A stretch of 63,551 nucleotides of DNA, the filler included, from Pelomyxa schiedti (taxonomy: Eukaryota > Protista > Evosea), in NCBI GenBank assembly GCA_020536535.1. It is 9 parts of 9 records of this genome, joined end to end, with 100 filler letters (N's around TTAATTAATTAA, not from the genome) between each part and the next. Parts side by side here need not be neighbours in the genome. Positions count along the whole stretch, not along the records: positions 62,271 to 63,551 come from JAHLWZ010002622.1; 8 more parts are not named here. One strand, written 5' to 3'. The position numbers and the translations under genes are program-made. Below the pieces are notes generated by a model. That model was given only the letters and a program-made list of their open reading frames with translations. It did not search any database and was not told where the DNA came from. Position 1 is the stretch's first letter, and each line of letters opens with the position of its first letter. This document shows, piece after piece, positions 62,171 to 63,551 of this stretch.

Positions 62171-63551
62171 NNNNNNNNNNNNNNNNNNNNNNNNNNNNNN
62201 NNNNNNNNNNNNNNTTAATTAATTAANNNNNNNNNNNNNNNNNNNNNNNNNNNNNNNNNNNNNNNNNNNNCGTCGGCAACAAACAGATCCTGCGTGGAAG
62301 ATCCAAGTCAGAAAAACCGAGAGTACAACGTGGAGGAAATGCATACTCGGCAAAGGCGGTTGCTTCCTCGGGGCGATTCGCGGCGGAGAGCGACGTCGCT
62401 CTCCGCCAGGTCTGCGTATCACCGTGTTAGCGTTGTTGGAAAACCAACAAAAAGAAACAGCGCGAATGCGTGGGGGAAAAAAAAAAACGAAGGTGGGAAG
62501 TGTACCTACGACCATGTGCAGCAAGAAACGATGTCTAATTCGCGTGTCGGTATTGTAGGTCTCGCGTTACGCGTTGGTTGTTTTGGTTTTTATTTTAAAG
62601 TTGTAACGTTTAAGCTTTAAAAGGAGGCGAAAAAGGAAAAAAGAAGGAAAGTGACGTATTTTACACACAGCAGTTGCTCGTCCCAGTCGCATAATAAATT
62701 GAACTGGCTGCGAGACTGACTCTCAAACTCGAAGCACAGTGATGGGCTTCCACTTCCCTCAGATTATCCTCAGAGTCCTAGTTCTGAGACCAGTCTCAGC
62801 CGAGGAATCTGTTATCAAACCGTCTGGTCTGATAACGGCAGCGTTTATGAAAGACGAAAGCGCCGCGTGCCGTGGTGGGAGAAGACACCCAAAACACGTG
62901 GACTCATTGTGACCAGATCAATGTTGGTGCCTGCCAGGGACGCCGCTCCCACAATTGTGGGAATGCACTGCACCTTTGTCCATTTGTCCCCTGTGAACTG
63001 TTGTTGTTGTCTGCTGTGTGTGCTGCGCGTAGCGCCCACTCGTCCACCCACACGCCCACCCCACCGCGATCGGCGCCGCTGCAGGACCCCGTTGTGGGAC
63101 CCTGTGGCCTCTTTGGCATTGTGGGACACAGGGTGCCCAGACATCGTCGACCCAGTGTCGGTTGGTAGTAAATCACCCCAACGTGGGGCTCATCATCCGA
63201 ACCCAAGTCCTTGGTGTTCCCATTATTCAGGTTAGTTCCGTCGCCCCTCTCTCGCGATATGTGTTGTTGTTGATGAGACTAGCTACAATCGCCTGTTGGC
63301 TTACGTTGTCACCACAGCCTCACCAAACGGCCCGTTGGTACCAACGAATTTTCAAATACGCAGAAAAACCCCTTCATCACAAGCCAGCGAAGACTTCAAA
63401 AAGCAACAACTGCTCCCCTTTGTTTTCATGCGTTACTATGGAGACTGTCGCTGCGCTTTTGATAGTAGAGTAAATGCATTTTACTCATTTCCGCTGATTT
63501 CCAGGCAACACTGGCTTTTTGAGCTACTTCTGTGATTCCTAATCGCTTTCC

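Noticed and set aside
62271-62545. Possible degenerate Rho/Ras GTPase C-terminus (VGNK..., KKRCLI)
   Set aside because: Requires several frameshifts; evidence too weak to call.

Overview
Eukaryotic, intron-rich (GT-AG introns of about 45-130 nt, standard code), gene-dense protist DNA. The amoeba-like gene content (Rap1, tectonin, BEACH, Sel1-kinase and Sel1 genes) suggests an amoebozoan, possibly Pelomyxa/archamoeba-like; this is inference only. The window is not contiguous: nine contigs are joined by artificial N44-TTAATTAATTAA-N44 linkers, and there is one 100-N scaffold gap, so adjacency only means something within a contig. Contig 1 (1-19861) is the highlight. It is a cluster of type II membrane glycan-modifying genes (two GT8-like glycosyltransferases, one intronless GT-A-like gene, two intact and one motif-degenerate class I SAM methyltransferases), a decayed FtsX-like permease and a tectonin lectin, whose family includes binders of O-methylated glycans. 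This is a candidate methyl-glycan 'writer-reader' locus. Other contigs carry a Cys-less pentameric ligand-gated ion channel, an S58 peptidase, FRA10AC1, a LIM-J-like-ankyrin-ART fusion, TatD, a CBM20-2H phosphoesterase fusion, a jacalin-metallophosphoesterase fusion, Rap1, nested MITEs with an empty-site copy, a BEACH protein, a Sola-like transposase relic, a Sel1-kinase and a RING protein. All family calls come from motif recognition by eye, and exon boundaries are manual and approximate.
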